DNA from: Macrostomum lignano
Lineage: Eukaryota
NCBI GenBank assembly: GCA_002269645.1
Contig: NIVC01000319.1
Span: 248,001-312,000 of the forward strand
DNA: 64,000 nt
Reading direction: 5' to 3'
Part shown: positions 23,332-35,948 of the stretch, piece by piece
Position numbering within the stretch: position 1 is the stretch's first letter
Layout: each line of letters starts with the position of its first letter
Program-made: the position numbers and the translations under genes
Notes under the pieces: generated by a model
What the model saw: the letters and a program-made list of their open reading frames with translations, nothing else
Database searches by the model: none
Told to the model about the DNA's origin: nothing

Positions 23332-25908
23332 GCTGGCTGCAGTGCGGTGTTGCGGATGCGAGAGCTCGGGATGAGGCAGTCGGCAGAAATCCTGCATGCA
23401 GTAAAATTTATCACTGCTCCCGTTGTTGAGTTTAATCGCCCCTAGCAACCAGCTGTTATCCAAGCTGTCAGCTCAGACTGCAGCCACTTCAGCCCATCCG
23501 ATGTCCCGCGCTGGTCATGAATTACGAAATTTGCCAAATGGGGGAAGGCGGGCGCCGCTCCGCATGCCGCATGTGGCGCGGAGCTTTTGGGCTTGCCACG
23601 GGCAGGCAGGAGATTTTTAATCGCCCTACCAGCAGCTTTTCAAGTTATCGGTCCCACCTCAGAGACTGTTAACTTTCCCAAGCTGGGAAAGCCGTTGCGC
23701 TGCCTCATCAACTCACCTGCTGGGCTATCCGCATGCAGAGATGCCTACAAGCCGCGTGCACATCAAGGTGGGGCTGTTGCTGCGGCTCAGGCGGGGATGG
23801 GCGCAGATGAGGCCGGGCAATCAGCAGCAGAGACCGTCTGCGGGAAGCCGCGTGGCCGATGTGGGCGGCCCGGGAGTCGCCTTCCCGCGCTGCCTCCTGA
23901 GCGCATTGTGAAAAAATGTACTTCTTTACTGTGCAGGGCAGTTTTTTTCCAACTGACTGAATTGATAGAAACTCTGCATAATCCCCAGTTAGTATTGGCG
24001 CCCTCTTAGGCTCTAATTTTCTCTAATCTCTTAGGCCGCTACTCTACTCCATCAAGCAGCCCAGAGAAGTGGAATGGTGCGGATTTTCATTCCAGCTCAT
24101 CTATATGCGAGCTCGTGCGCGTGGCGACAGTCTTTTGAATTGAACTCCATATCTTTATTTGTATGGTGAAGGCTTGCTTGCAATGCACTGGCATTTTGGA
24201 CTTGTCACCTGGCACTTGAGCTCAGCTTGTCATACATGTGACTGATATGCTCTTGCCAGATGACAGTGTGCCCTTGTGTTGCATGTAATGGCGGGTACAG
24301 CACGCCTGTGTAGCATGAGACAGATTAGGCCTACGGGCTAAGGTCTGCGATCCTACACACCTGCACCCCCTCTATTCTGGTGCAGGAATGGCAGAACTCT
24401 CTCCAAGCTGACTCGCAAGCCGACCCAGGGGTTCACGCCCCGCCACCGGAACTCCCTGCGCGACACCGCAGCACTAGCTGCCCGTGGTCGCCAGGGGTTA
24501 GCGAAATAGGCGGCAACGCCTCCTCGCTGCTTCCGGACGCACGGAGCCCCCTGCAGCTAAGTCAAGTAAGTCAAGTGCCCTTGTGTTGTGCCACTTCTTA
24601 GTGCGAGTTTATGCGATAACACAATCCTGGTAATGTATGTACATGAATGGTGCTGCCAAGCAGCTGTATTTTATGACAGTACGCCTATAGTACGCCTTTC
24701 TTTGTTTTGCAAAATCGTTGACCTCTATTCGCCTGATTTCGCCCGCAAAAACACGGGTACGCTAGGCCTGTCGGTACGCCCCACACAAAGGCCTATTCTC
24801 AGCCAGGTCCCAGTTGTAGAGAATTCCTTGCCTGAGCCACTCCATCAGTTCAGCCAGCAGACGGCCATGCAGAGCGGCATCGGAGGGCAGGCCGATCAGT
24901 GACGGCCGCGGACCCTCCTGGCAACGGGATGAGATCGACCCGGTCAGGAGACAACTTGGACGGAGCTGGAGAAGACCCGGACACCTCCCGGACACGAGCA
25001 GAGAATGTACCGCTGACGGGGAGGGACTGAAAGCACTGGGAGGGACAGAAGCCTAGCGAGGGCGTTTAGAATCCCCACTCCGCTATCCCTGCGAGGGCCC
25101 CCTAGCAACTGTATGGCTGGTTTAGTGTTTCTGGGCTACCCTTCATCAGGGGCTGCGCCTCAGTCAAAACACTGCGAATGCGTACCGCTGTGAAGGCGCT
25201 CCCTCAGCCTCAAATGAGAAATGATATTTTGATCTTTTCCACTTTTCAGGCTCTTGGCTGCATGCTGGTGGGGAGAGTTGGCTGACCAGGTGCATTGCCT
25301 TTGAACAGCATGAGCTGCACGCGGTCGCCTCTCAAGCGCGCTCTCTCAATCTGGGAAGACAAGCGCGCCAAACGAAAGTTCGCCCTGCAGTTCTTGCTCA
25401 ACTGATTATTTACATTAGGAAATTTTCCATGTTTTATTCGTTTAATAATAGTTAGTACTCGCCTCAGAGTACACCACGAGTCTGCGACATCTAATTATCG
25501 TGAATGACAGATTAAGGACGTACTCCGGACCTTAGCGGCATTAGACAAGAGGGAGCTGTTAAAACGCTACCGTAAATTATTTTATAAGAACGCCAGCCTG
25601 AGCCACGGCTCGTTGTTGAATAACAATAAAACGCTTGTTCAGGTAAAACTCTATTATACAGTTATAATAATATTACAAGGCTTTTACATAGAAATTTCAT
25701 TATACTAGATTGAATATGGAAGCAGCACAGCACGCAAGTGCATACTTAATTTGATTCTTAAAGTTGTGAAAACTTGGCGTGGGATTGAGGACTAGCAGGG
25801 ACTCCATATTTACAGGATTTGCCACTCAGAGCAATTGTTAATGGATGAATCATGCCAACTATAGTAATGACAAGCATGCATGAGTGACTTCACAATGACC
25901 CTTAGTCA

Positions 25909-26869
25909 ATCCCCAGTCACTCCAGCACTGCCCAGTCACTCCAGCACTGCCCAGTCACTCCAGCACTGCCCAGTCACTCCAGCACTGCCCAGTCACTCCA
26001 GCACTGCCCAGTCACTCCAGCACTGCCCAGTCACTCCAGCACTGCCCAGTCACTCCAGCACTGCCCAGTCACTCCAGCACTGCCCAGTCACTCCAGCACT
26101 TCTTAGTCACTCCAGCACTCCCCAGTCACTCCAGCACTCAACCAGTCACTCCAGCACTGCCCAGTCACTCCAGCACTGCCAAATCACTCCAGCAGTGCCC
26201 AGTCACTCCAGCACTGCCCAGTCACTCCAGCACTGCCCAGTCACTCCAGCACTTCCCAGTCACTCCAGCACTCCCCAGTCACTCCAGCACTCAACCAGTC
26301 ACTCCAGCACTCAACCAGTCACTCCAGCACTCAACCAGTCACTCCAGCACTGCCCAGTCACTCCAGCACTGCCCAATCACTCCAGCAGTGCCCAGTCACT
26401 CCAGCACTCCCCAGTCACTCCAGCACTGCCCAGTCACTCCAGCAGTGCCCAGTCACTCCAGCACTGCCCAGTCACTCCAGCAGTGCCCAGTCACTCCAGC
26501 ACTCCCCAGTCACTCCAGCAGTGCCCAGTCACTCCAGCACTGCCCAGTCACTCCAGCACTGCCCAGTCACTCCAGCACTGCCCAGTCACTCCAGCACTGC
26601 CCAATCACTCCAGCAGTGCCCAGTCACTCCAGCACTCCCCAGTCACTCCAGCACTGCCCAGTCACTCCAGCACTGCCGAGTCACTCCAGCACTCAACCAG
26701 TCACTCCAGCACTCAACCAGTCACTCCAGCACTCAACCAGTCACTCCAGCACTCAATTAGTCACTCCAGCACTCAATCAGTCACTCCAGCACTCAATCAG
26801 TCACTCCAGCACTCAATCAGTCACTCCAGCACTGCCCAGTCACTCCAGCAGTGCCCAGTCACTCCAGCA
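25909..26869. repeat. 19-bp minisatellite (cccagtcactccagcactg), part left of the LTR insertion
   Basis: Tandem units; the array continues at 31463-31908 after the retrotransposon. Confidence 0.96.
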
Positions 26870-29800
26870 TGTAATTGCCTCGCAATATTATTATCAATTT
26901 GTTCTAAATAGGCGAGTGAGTTATATTATAAATGTACATCTTGTGTCGCATGAGTCATGTACGCCGTATTATTGATTTGTACGCATAAAACCTCAAATAT
27001 ATATATATCGCTAACTGGCCAGTTTGGGCCCCGTGATTTATTTTTCTCGCTCAGCTTAACACGCGGCCTTCAGACTTTACAGTGGCGTCGCAAGCAAGCC
27101 CACTTGGTCCAGTCACTCATGGCTCAATTCATCTCACTGCCACCCCTGAGCAATTCAGCACTAGTGCAGATCAACAGAATGCCGGTAAACGCTGGAACAA
27201 ATGGTCCGATCATTTTTGTGACTTTATCGAAGCGTCAGGCATCAAAGACGAAACTCAGAAGTGCAAGCTCCTGGCCTACACGGCCGGCAGAGAAATCGCG
27301 CAAATCATTAAAGACCTGCCAGATGACAAGAAAGACAGCCTCGAAACTCTGCTCGCAGCAATAAAAGAGCACTTCAAGGAGCGCAACAACATCGTATTTG
27401 CCCGCTATCAGTTTCGTCTATGCGTTCAGCAAACCGGAGAGCCAGTGGACTCCTGGTACTCCCGACTCAACTCAGCGGCCGAGACATGCGAGTTCTCAGC
27501 ACTCAAGGACTCCCTAATCAGAGATCAGATAGTGGCGACATGCTGCTCCGATAAACTTCGGCGAAGATTGCTGCAGGAGTCCAACATCTCTCTCGGCGAT
27601 GCGTTGAGACAAGCGCGCGCGTTTGAAGCAGCAGAAGAGCAGGCCACGGCCATTGAGAACTCCAGTAGCATCGCAGCAGTGCACAGAGCGGCACCGAAGC
27701 AGTTCAGAGACAGCGGAACGCGCCCGAACAGTCAGCGGGTCCCTGGTGGCCAAGCAAACAGCGGCCCAACCAGCTGCTATCGATGCGGCGAACGCGGGCA
27801 CAGCTCATGCAACGCGGCAAAAGGCAAAACCTGCCTGGCATGCGGCAAGCCAAACCATCTCGCCAAAGCATGCAGACAACGCAGGCCTCAAACAAGCTCC
27901 AGCATCAACGCCGTAGCGGACAAAGAAGCTGAGGCGGTCTTCATCGATCACGATTCGCTAAATGAGGAGGCCTTCACTATCCAGTCGCAAAAAACGGCAC
28001 CCAGACGCAACTCCGCCAACACTAATCTGAGGATCGAGGGCAAGGACTTCATCGTACTCGTGGATAGTGGAGCCAGCTGCAACGTCATGAGCGAGGAGAA
28101 CTTCCGGCGGCTAAGAAATGTTCGACTGCGCAGCGCCATCCATCCAATTTTCAGCTACGGGTCCACAACGCCTCTCCAAGTCCTGGGTGTCGCTGACCTC
28201 AACGTGAGCACCGCAGCTAGCAGACAACTAGCTTCATTCTACATCACCAAAGGCTGTGGAACCACACTACTCGGTCGAGAAACCGCTTTCAACATGGGAA
28301 TTCTGCACATCCAACATCCAACAGTTGAAGTCAACTCGGTGCAGCCCACGGAAAATCTAGCCGCATCAGGTATTCAAGAGCTGTTCTCCAAGTACAGAGA
28401 TGTCGACCAAGATCTTCCAACCGAACTCCGCATCAGCAGCATCCTTGGTGAGTTTAAGTCAATCTTCGAAGGCCTTGGCTGCGTTAAGGGCGTCGAGGTC
28501 GACGTTCGTCTTCGACCAGAAGCTGTCCCAGTCTGTCACCCACCCTCCAGAGTTCCCGTACACCAGCGGTCGGCGGTCATCGCGGAACTTCAGGCTCTCC
28601 TCGACCAAGGAATCATCGAGCGCGTCAACGGCCCGTCACCGTGGGTCTCCCGCATGGTTGTCGTCCCGAAAGAAGGCGGTGGCATCCGCATCTGCCAAGA
28701 CCTGCGCGACGTCAACTCATTTGCCGTGCCAGAAAAGCAGCCCATCCCAACCTTTGAGGAGATCACGGACGAAATGGCGGGTTCCACGGTATTCAGCGAG
28801 CTCGACATCGTAAAGGCTTTCCACCAAATTCTTGTCAAACCGGAATCCCGTCACGTCTTCACCTTCAGCACCCCACTGGGTCTCATGCGACTGACCAGAC
28901 TCAGCATGGGATTCACCAACGCATCCGAGATATTGCAAAGGGTTATGACAGGCGTCCTGAGCGGCCTTGACGGTGTCCGATGGGCACACGATGACATCAC
29001 CGTCTTTGCGAGCACGATGGAAGAGCACAACATCCGACTAAAACAGTGCTTCAAGCGCCTACAAGACCATGGAATCACACTCAATCCGAACAAGTGTCGC
29101 CTGGCACAGCCTTTCATCAATTTTCTTGGTATGCGCATCAGCGCACGAGGCGTTCAGCCTGCAGCCGAGAAGATCAAGGCCGTCAAAGACTTTAAGGAGC
29201 CAACAAATGTGTCAGAGCTGCGCTCATTCCTCGGTTTGGCCACCTACCTGTCCAGGTTCGTTCCGAACTTCTCAGATCTGACGCAGCCAATGCGAGAACT
29301 GCTAAAAAAAGGTCATAAATGGTGCTGGTCAGAAAGGCAACAAAAAGCATTCCTGCAAACAAGAGCAGCGATCTGCAATGAGAGCGTCCTGGCCTTCTTT
29401 GACGTGAATCTCCCAACAGAAGTTCATGTGGACGCCTCGCCAGTCGGCCTGGGTGCCATTCTCAGCCAAGTGGATGAGAAAGGCGTTCGCAAACCGGTCG
29501 CCTTCGCCAGCAGGTCGCTCACGCCAGTTGAGCAGCGATACGCTCAAATTGAACGCGAGGCGCTTGCGGTGAAATTCGGGTGCCTACGTTTCGAGCACTA
29601 CCTCAGCGGCTGCCCAGATCTCACAGTCATCACGGATCACCGCCCATTAGTCCCGCTTTTTCAACCTGGTTCCAGGCCTCCACCAAGGATTGAACGGATG
29701 GCTTTAAGAGTGCAGCACCTCAAATTCAAGCTCATCTATCAGCCGGGGCCACAGAATCCAGCGGATGTCCTCAGTAGACAACCTGAAATGCAGACAAAGG

Positions 29801-31462
29801 ACAACCCCGGGGAACTCCTGGACAGACGCTTCATTAACGCAGTCGCCATCGGCTCTACTCCGAAAGGACTGAACTTTGCAACAATTCAGGAGGCTTCAAA
29901 GTCAGACGGCACGATCCAAGCAGCTCTATCAGCTCTACGAACTGGCCAATGGGACAAGCAGAACAGAGATCTTCGAGCTTTGTCCTGCCTGCAGCAGGAG
30001 CTTTCAGAACATGACGGCGTGCTACTACGGAGCTCGTTGATCGTGATCCCGAGCAGCTTACGTCGGACGGTGCTCCAGCTGGCACATGCAGGCCACCAAT
30101 GCTGCCGAAAAACTATGGACAGACTGCAAACCAAAGTATGGTGGCCAGCGATGAGAAGCGACTGCCAGACGTTCGTCCAGTCTTGCTTCCCCTGCCAAGC
30201 GACATCGCCGAAGAGCCTCGCACCGCCACCACTCTCACCGTCGCAACTTCCGGACGGAGCATGGCTGGTTCTTGGAATGGACTTTTACGGCCCAGTCCAA
30301 GGGAAAATGCTCCTGGTGACAACCGATCTCTTTTCAAAATTTCCCGAGGTCGACATAGTCAGCTCAACATCAGCAGAGGCAGTGCTTCCGCATCTCCGGA
30401 CTCTGTTTAGCAGATACGGCATCCCGTTGGAAATCGTCAGCGACAATGGACCTCCGTTTAACTCGGCAGAATTCACAAACTTCCTCTCAGAGTTCGGCAT
30501 CAAGCATCGCCGGATCTGTCCGCTGCACCCCGAGGCGAACGGAGCGACCGAGCGAGTCAACAGGTGCATCAACAAGGTCATCAGAGCGGCCATCGCAGAA
30601 GGACGCAACTGGCGCACCGCACTCGACGACTGGCTGCTCGCTCATCGCGTCACTCCGCACTCGGCAACCGGCGTGGCACCAGCCGAACTGCTCATGGGCC
30701 GAGCTCTCAACGACGGCCTCCCGTCAATCCAACCATCGCAACCTGTGCAGCACGACCGAGCCGAACTCGCAAAGCGTCACGAGGCCTACAACAACCAGAT
30801 GGCAGCAGGTTTCAACCGCTCCAGGAGGGCCAAGGCAGCCAATGTCAAGCCGGGTTCGGCGGTTCTCCGCAAGCGGACGAGACGCACGAAAATTCAAACG
30901 CCTTTCGAGCTCGAACCCTGGACCGTCACCGACAAGCGAGGCGATTCCTACGTCCTGCGGCAAGGCGACCGGACATGCACTCGCCACCTGACGCACATCC
31001 GGCCTCTGACAGCGACCGAGGACCCACCACCAGAAGCGGACGCTGGCGCCGCCTCGCCGGAGCGCGGCATTGCTGAGAGGCCGCACCCGAGAGCGGCCAA
31101 GGACAAGCCTATCAGCTACAGAGTTTGACGGGTTTTGACGGGTAACTGGTGCTAAGGGCTGAGACAAGTGTTTTTTACCCTTAATGTTTTATTCCTTTTT
31201 CCTTATCCTTTTAATCCGCATTTTTGAGCTTTTTCGTTTTTGGGGAGAAGTGTAATTGCCTCGCAATATTATTATCAATTTGTTCTAAATAGGCGAGTGA
31301 GTTATATTATAAATGTACATCTTGTGTCGCATGAGTCATGTACGCCGTATTATTGATTTGTACGCATAAAACCTCAAATATATATATATCGCTAACTGGC
31401 CAGTTTGGGCCCCGTGATTTATTTTTCTCGCTCAGCTTAACACGCGGCCTTCAGACTTTACA
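26870..31462 (+). mobile_element. Full-length Ty3/Gypsy LTR retrotransposon
   Basis: LTRs 26870-27081 and 31251-31462 (212 bp each, TGTAA...TTACA, no difference seen). TSD CAGCA at 26865-26869 and 31463-31467. PBS-like TGGCGTCGCAAG at 27083. Polypurine tract GGGGAGAAG at 31242-31250. Confidence 0.98.
27119..31128 (+). CDS. Gag-Pol polyprotein (Gag with 2 CCHC knuckles, protease, RT, RNase H, integrase)
   Basis: CYRCGERGHSSC and CLACGKPNHLAKAC; LVDSGAS; WAHDD; VDASPVGLGA; HAGH..CFPC; MDFYGP, SDNGPPF, EANGATER. The order PR-RT-RH-IN is Gypsy type. The likely ATG at 27119 is one base out of frame with the 4-kb open frame. Confidence 0.93.
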
Positions 31463-31908
31463 CAGCACTCCCCAGTCACTCCAGCACTGCCCAGTCACTC
31501 CAGCACTGCCCAGTCACTCCAGCACTGCCCAGTCACTCCAGCACTGCCCAATCACTCCAGCAGTGCCCAGTCACTCCAGCACTCCCCAGTCACTCCAGCA
31601 CTGCCCAGTCACTCCAGCACTGCCCAGTCACTCCAGCACTGCCCAGTCACTCCAGCACTGCCCAGTCACTCCAGCACTGCCCAATCACTCCAGCAGTGCC
31701 CAGTCACTCCAGCACTCCCCAGTCACTCCAGCACTGCCCAGTCACTCCAGCACTGCCCAGTCACTCCAGCACTCAACCAGTCACTCCAGCACTCCCAGTC
31801 ACTCCAGCACTCAACCAGTCACTCCAGCACTCAATTAGTCACTCCAGCACTCAATCAGTCACTCCAGCACTCAATCAGTCACTCCAGCACTCAACCAGTC
31901 ACTCCAGC
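31463..31908. repeat. 19-bp minisatellite, part right of the LTR insertion, abutting the sorting nexin stop codon
   Basis: Same unit as 25909-26869. Confidence 0.95.
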
Positions 31909-34900
31909 AGCCGCAGCGCCAGCAGGCACTCGAAGCCGCAGGCTGCCAGGAGTCGCCGGTTGTCGCACTCGGAGCCGAGGACTTGGCGAGCCTCATCGGC
32001 CAGTCGGCCCGTCCAGTCCGGCCCGAGCTGCCACCGGCACAGCAAGCTGAGCAGCCTGGGCGGCGGCGGCGGCTTTGGCGGCTGAGGCGGGGCTTCGAGC
32101 TCATCAGCGACAGCATGGAGCTGCTGCTGGCGAGTCGCCAGGATCAGCCAGTCCAGCAGCCTCCGGAGCCGCTCAGGGGCGAGCAGCCGGCGGCTGCCCA
32201 GGTGGACGGCCCTGGAATTAAAGTTCACGGAATTCACCAATTCTTTACAAAGTTCACTCATCTCACAGGTCACTAATCCCACGGGTCACTAATCTGACAG
32301 GCCACTAATCCCACAGGCCACTAATCCCACAGGCCACTAATCCCACAGGCCACTAATCCCACAGGTCACTAATCTGACAGGTTACTAATCCCACAGGTCA
32401 CTAATCCCACGGGTCACTAATCCCACAGGTCACTAATCCCACAGGTCACTAATCCCACAGGTCACTAATCCCACAGGTCACTAATCCCACAGGTCACTAA
32501 TCTTACAGGTCACTAATCCCACAGGTCACTAATCCCACAGGTCACTAATCCGAAAATTAAGGTACGCACACAAAGAGAGACAGAAGTGTAAAATATTGAT
32601 TCTAATTTTGTGCCAAGATTTTGTTCATACAGATCCGGGCCACTCAAAAATCAGATTTGATTGGAGTAACAGGATCAAGAGAAGGCCGTGCCAGTGGATG
32701 CAGTGCAAGCGATGAGCTGCAATGACTTACCTGGCAACCGCTAGAGCAGTCAGCCGGCACAGCGGTCCCTGAAGCACCGCTGGCCACCAGGTGGGGCGGT
32801 AGCGTTCCGTGAGCAGCAGGGCCAGCTGGTGGGTTGCTGCCTCCAGGTCGTGCAGGGTTTCGACCTCCGCGTCAGCGGCTCCGGAGCGCGGCAGCGGGGG
32901 CGGAGGTGGAGGAGCGCCTTAAAGAATTGAAATGGGCTGGGTCAAGACATGTTTCAAGAAGTGGGTCGAGAGCTGGGTCAAGACATGTTTCAAGAAGTGG
33001 GTCGAGAGCTGGGTCAAGACATGTTTCAAGAAGTGGGTCAAGAGCTGGGTCAAGACATGTTTCAAGAAGTGGGTCGAGAGCTGGGTCAAGACATGTTTCA
33101 AGAAGTGGGTCAAGAGCTGGGTCAAGACATGTTTCAAGAAGTGGGTCAAGAGCTGGGTCAAGACATGTTTCAAGAAGTGGGTCGAGAGCTGGGTCTAGAC
33201 ATGTTTCAAGAAGTGGGTCGAGAGCTGGGTCAAGACATGTTTCAAGAAGTGGGTCAAGAGCTGGGTCAATACATGTTTCAAGAAGTGGGTCAAGAGCTGG
33301 GTCAAGACATTTTCAAGAAGTGGGTCGAGAGCTGGGTCAAGACATGTTTCAAGAAGTGGGTCGAGAGCTGGGTCAAGACATGTTTCAAGAAGTGGGTCGA
33401 GAGCTGGGTCTAGACATGTTTCAAGAAGTGGGTCGAGAGCTGGGTCAAGACATGTTTCAAGAAGTGGGTCGAGAGCTGGGTCAAGACATGTTTCAAGAAG
33501 TGGGTCAAGAGCTGGGTCAAGACATGTTTCAAGAAGTGGGTCGAGAGCTGGGTCAAGACATGTTTCAAGAAGTGGGTCAAGAGCTGGGTCAAGACATGTT
33601 TCAAGAGGTGGGTCGAGAGCTGGGTCAAGACATGCTTCAAGCGGGTCGATTTATGTAGACTCACAGCGGTCTCGGTCAGCTGCCAGGGCGGCCATCTTTC
33701 TTTCCTCATCAGCGATTAGCTGAGCAGCCTGTGGGATCTTAAAGGGAAAAGACAAGAGACTGCGAAATTGCAGGAAAACATTTACAGCCTACTCTACTAA
33801 ATTTAAAACCTACTTCACCAAAACTACAGCCGACTCTACCAAATCTATAGCCCACTCTACCAAATCTACAGCCTACTCTACCAAATCTACAGCCGAATCT
33901 ACCAAATCTACAGCCTACTCTACCAAATCTACAGCCTACTCTACCAAATCTACAGCCGAATCTACCAAATCTACAGCCTACTCTACCAAATCTACAGCCT
34001 ACTCTACCAAATCTACAGCCTAATCTACCAAATCTACAGCCGAATCTACCAAATTTATAGCCTACTCTACCAAATCTACAGCCGAATCTACCAAATCTAC
34101 AGCCGAATCTACCAAATCTACAGCCGACTCTACCAAATCTACAGCGTACTCTACCAAATCTACAGCCGAATCTACCAAATCTACAGCCTACTTTACCAAA
34201 TCTACAGCCTACTCTACCAAATTTACAGCCTACTCTACCAAATCTACAACCTAATCTGTCAAATCTACAGAAACTCTACAAAAAGCCTACTTTACCTAAT
34301 CTGCAGCGTACTCTACCAGATATCCAAAGTTCTATGCCGAATCTTTCCCACATTCAAACAAACAGTTTCTAATTAGTTTAAACTAGAAAACAAATACCTA
34401 ATGCTCATGGCTCATGTTACCGCAATGCGCAGAGAACTGACTCTGAGCGTAGAGAAGGCGAGCCAGAGATTATTATTAGTTTTATGATTAGCAATAAAAT
34501 TTGAAGCCAATAAAAGACAAACTGAGCAGCTTTGCTCAGCTGACAGACTGTTGGGGCTCAGCAATTTGAGTAAAATTAGAGTACAAACGCAAAACCGCCT
34601 GCGGCTGCGAGCAGACTGACAATAAAAAAAGGCCATGTCAGACACTTCATCCCAAACGCGGCTCACCTGCAGGCTGAACTCAAATTCCACACAAGGCTGC
34701 CGAGGCTGCTCATCCTTGGCTTCCGAGCTCAGGGGCGGCCCGGTTGCGTTTTCCAACTGACCACCGCTTGAGAACAGCCTCGGCAGAAGGTCGGCCACGT
34801 CAGAGAGCACCTGGGCAGGGATTGGGGAGCTCAGGACTGAAAACACAGTGAGAGCCTCACTGACCTGGAATAAGCCCCAAAAACACAGTGAGAGCCTCAC

Positions 34901-35534
34901 TGACCCGGAATAAGCCCCAAAAACACAGTGAGAGCCTCACTGACCCGGAATAAGCGCCACAAACACAGTGAGAGCCTCACTGACCCGGAATAAGGCCCCG
35001 AAACACAGTGAGAGCCTCACTGATCGGGAATAAGCACCAGAAATACAGTGAGAGCCTCACTGATCGGGAATAAGCGCCACAAACACAGTGAGAGCCTCAC
35101 TGATCGGGAATAAGCACCAGAAATACAGTGAGAGCCTCACTGATCGGGAATAAGCGCCACAAACACAGTGAGAGCCTCACTGATCGGGAATAAGGCCCAG
35201 AAACACAGTGAGAGCCTCACTGGCACGGAACAAGCCCCAGAAACCCAACTGGATGCAGTGATCCGGGATGGCGGCTCACCCTCTCCAGCTTCGGCCTGAA
35301 GCCACCCGCCGAGTCGCCAACCGCCGCACTGGCCGGCAGCGGGTCGCTATTGTCTGTGTAGTCAAGAAATGCCTTCAGCTCTGCTGAGGTGCACACCTCC
35401 GGAGTGGCGATTAGAGCCTATCAGATGGGCGGATAGCGCACGCGATATTTGCTACTGTCAGTAGGCAAGTGTGCTGAGCAAATGAGAAACTTTTTAACTG
35501 TAAGCATTACATTTATCTCGATTGGGACAGATTT

Positions 35535-35567
<33 letters not shown>

Positions 35568-35612
35568 GAGACAGACACTAAGACAGACAGACACTAAGAC
35601 AGACAGACACTA

Positions 35613-35689
<77 letters not shown>

Positions 35690-35690
35690 T

Positions 35691-35727
<37 letters not shown>

Positions 35728-35740
35728 GAGACAGACACTA

Positions 35741-35827
<87 letters not shown>

Positions 35828-35904
35828 GAGACAGACACTAAGACAGACAGACACTAAGACAGACAGACACTAAGACAGACAGACACTAAGACAGACAGAC
35901 ACTA

Positions 35905-35948
<44 letters not shown>

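Noticed and set aside
24380-25420. GC-rich patches with short ORFs between the PAN-LamG gene and the 19-bp array
   Set aside because: No recognisable domain, consistent splice chain, LTR pair or TSD could be established by eye.
27109-27118. The LTR element leader contains CCAGTCACTC, identical to the core of the host minisatellite
   Set aside because: Only 10 nt, found after the fact; the insertion has a normal TSD, so homology-guided targeting is not needed.
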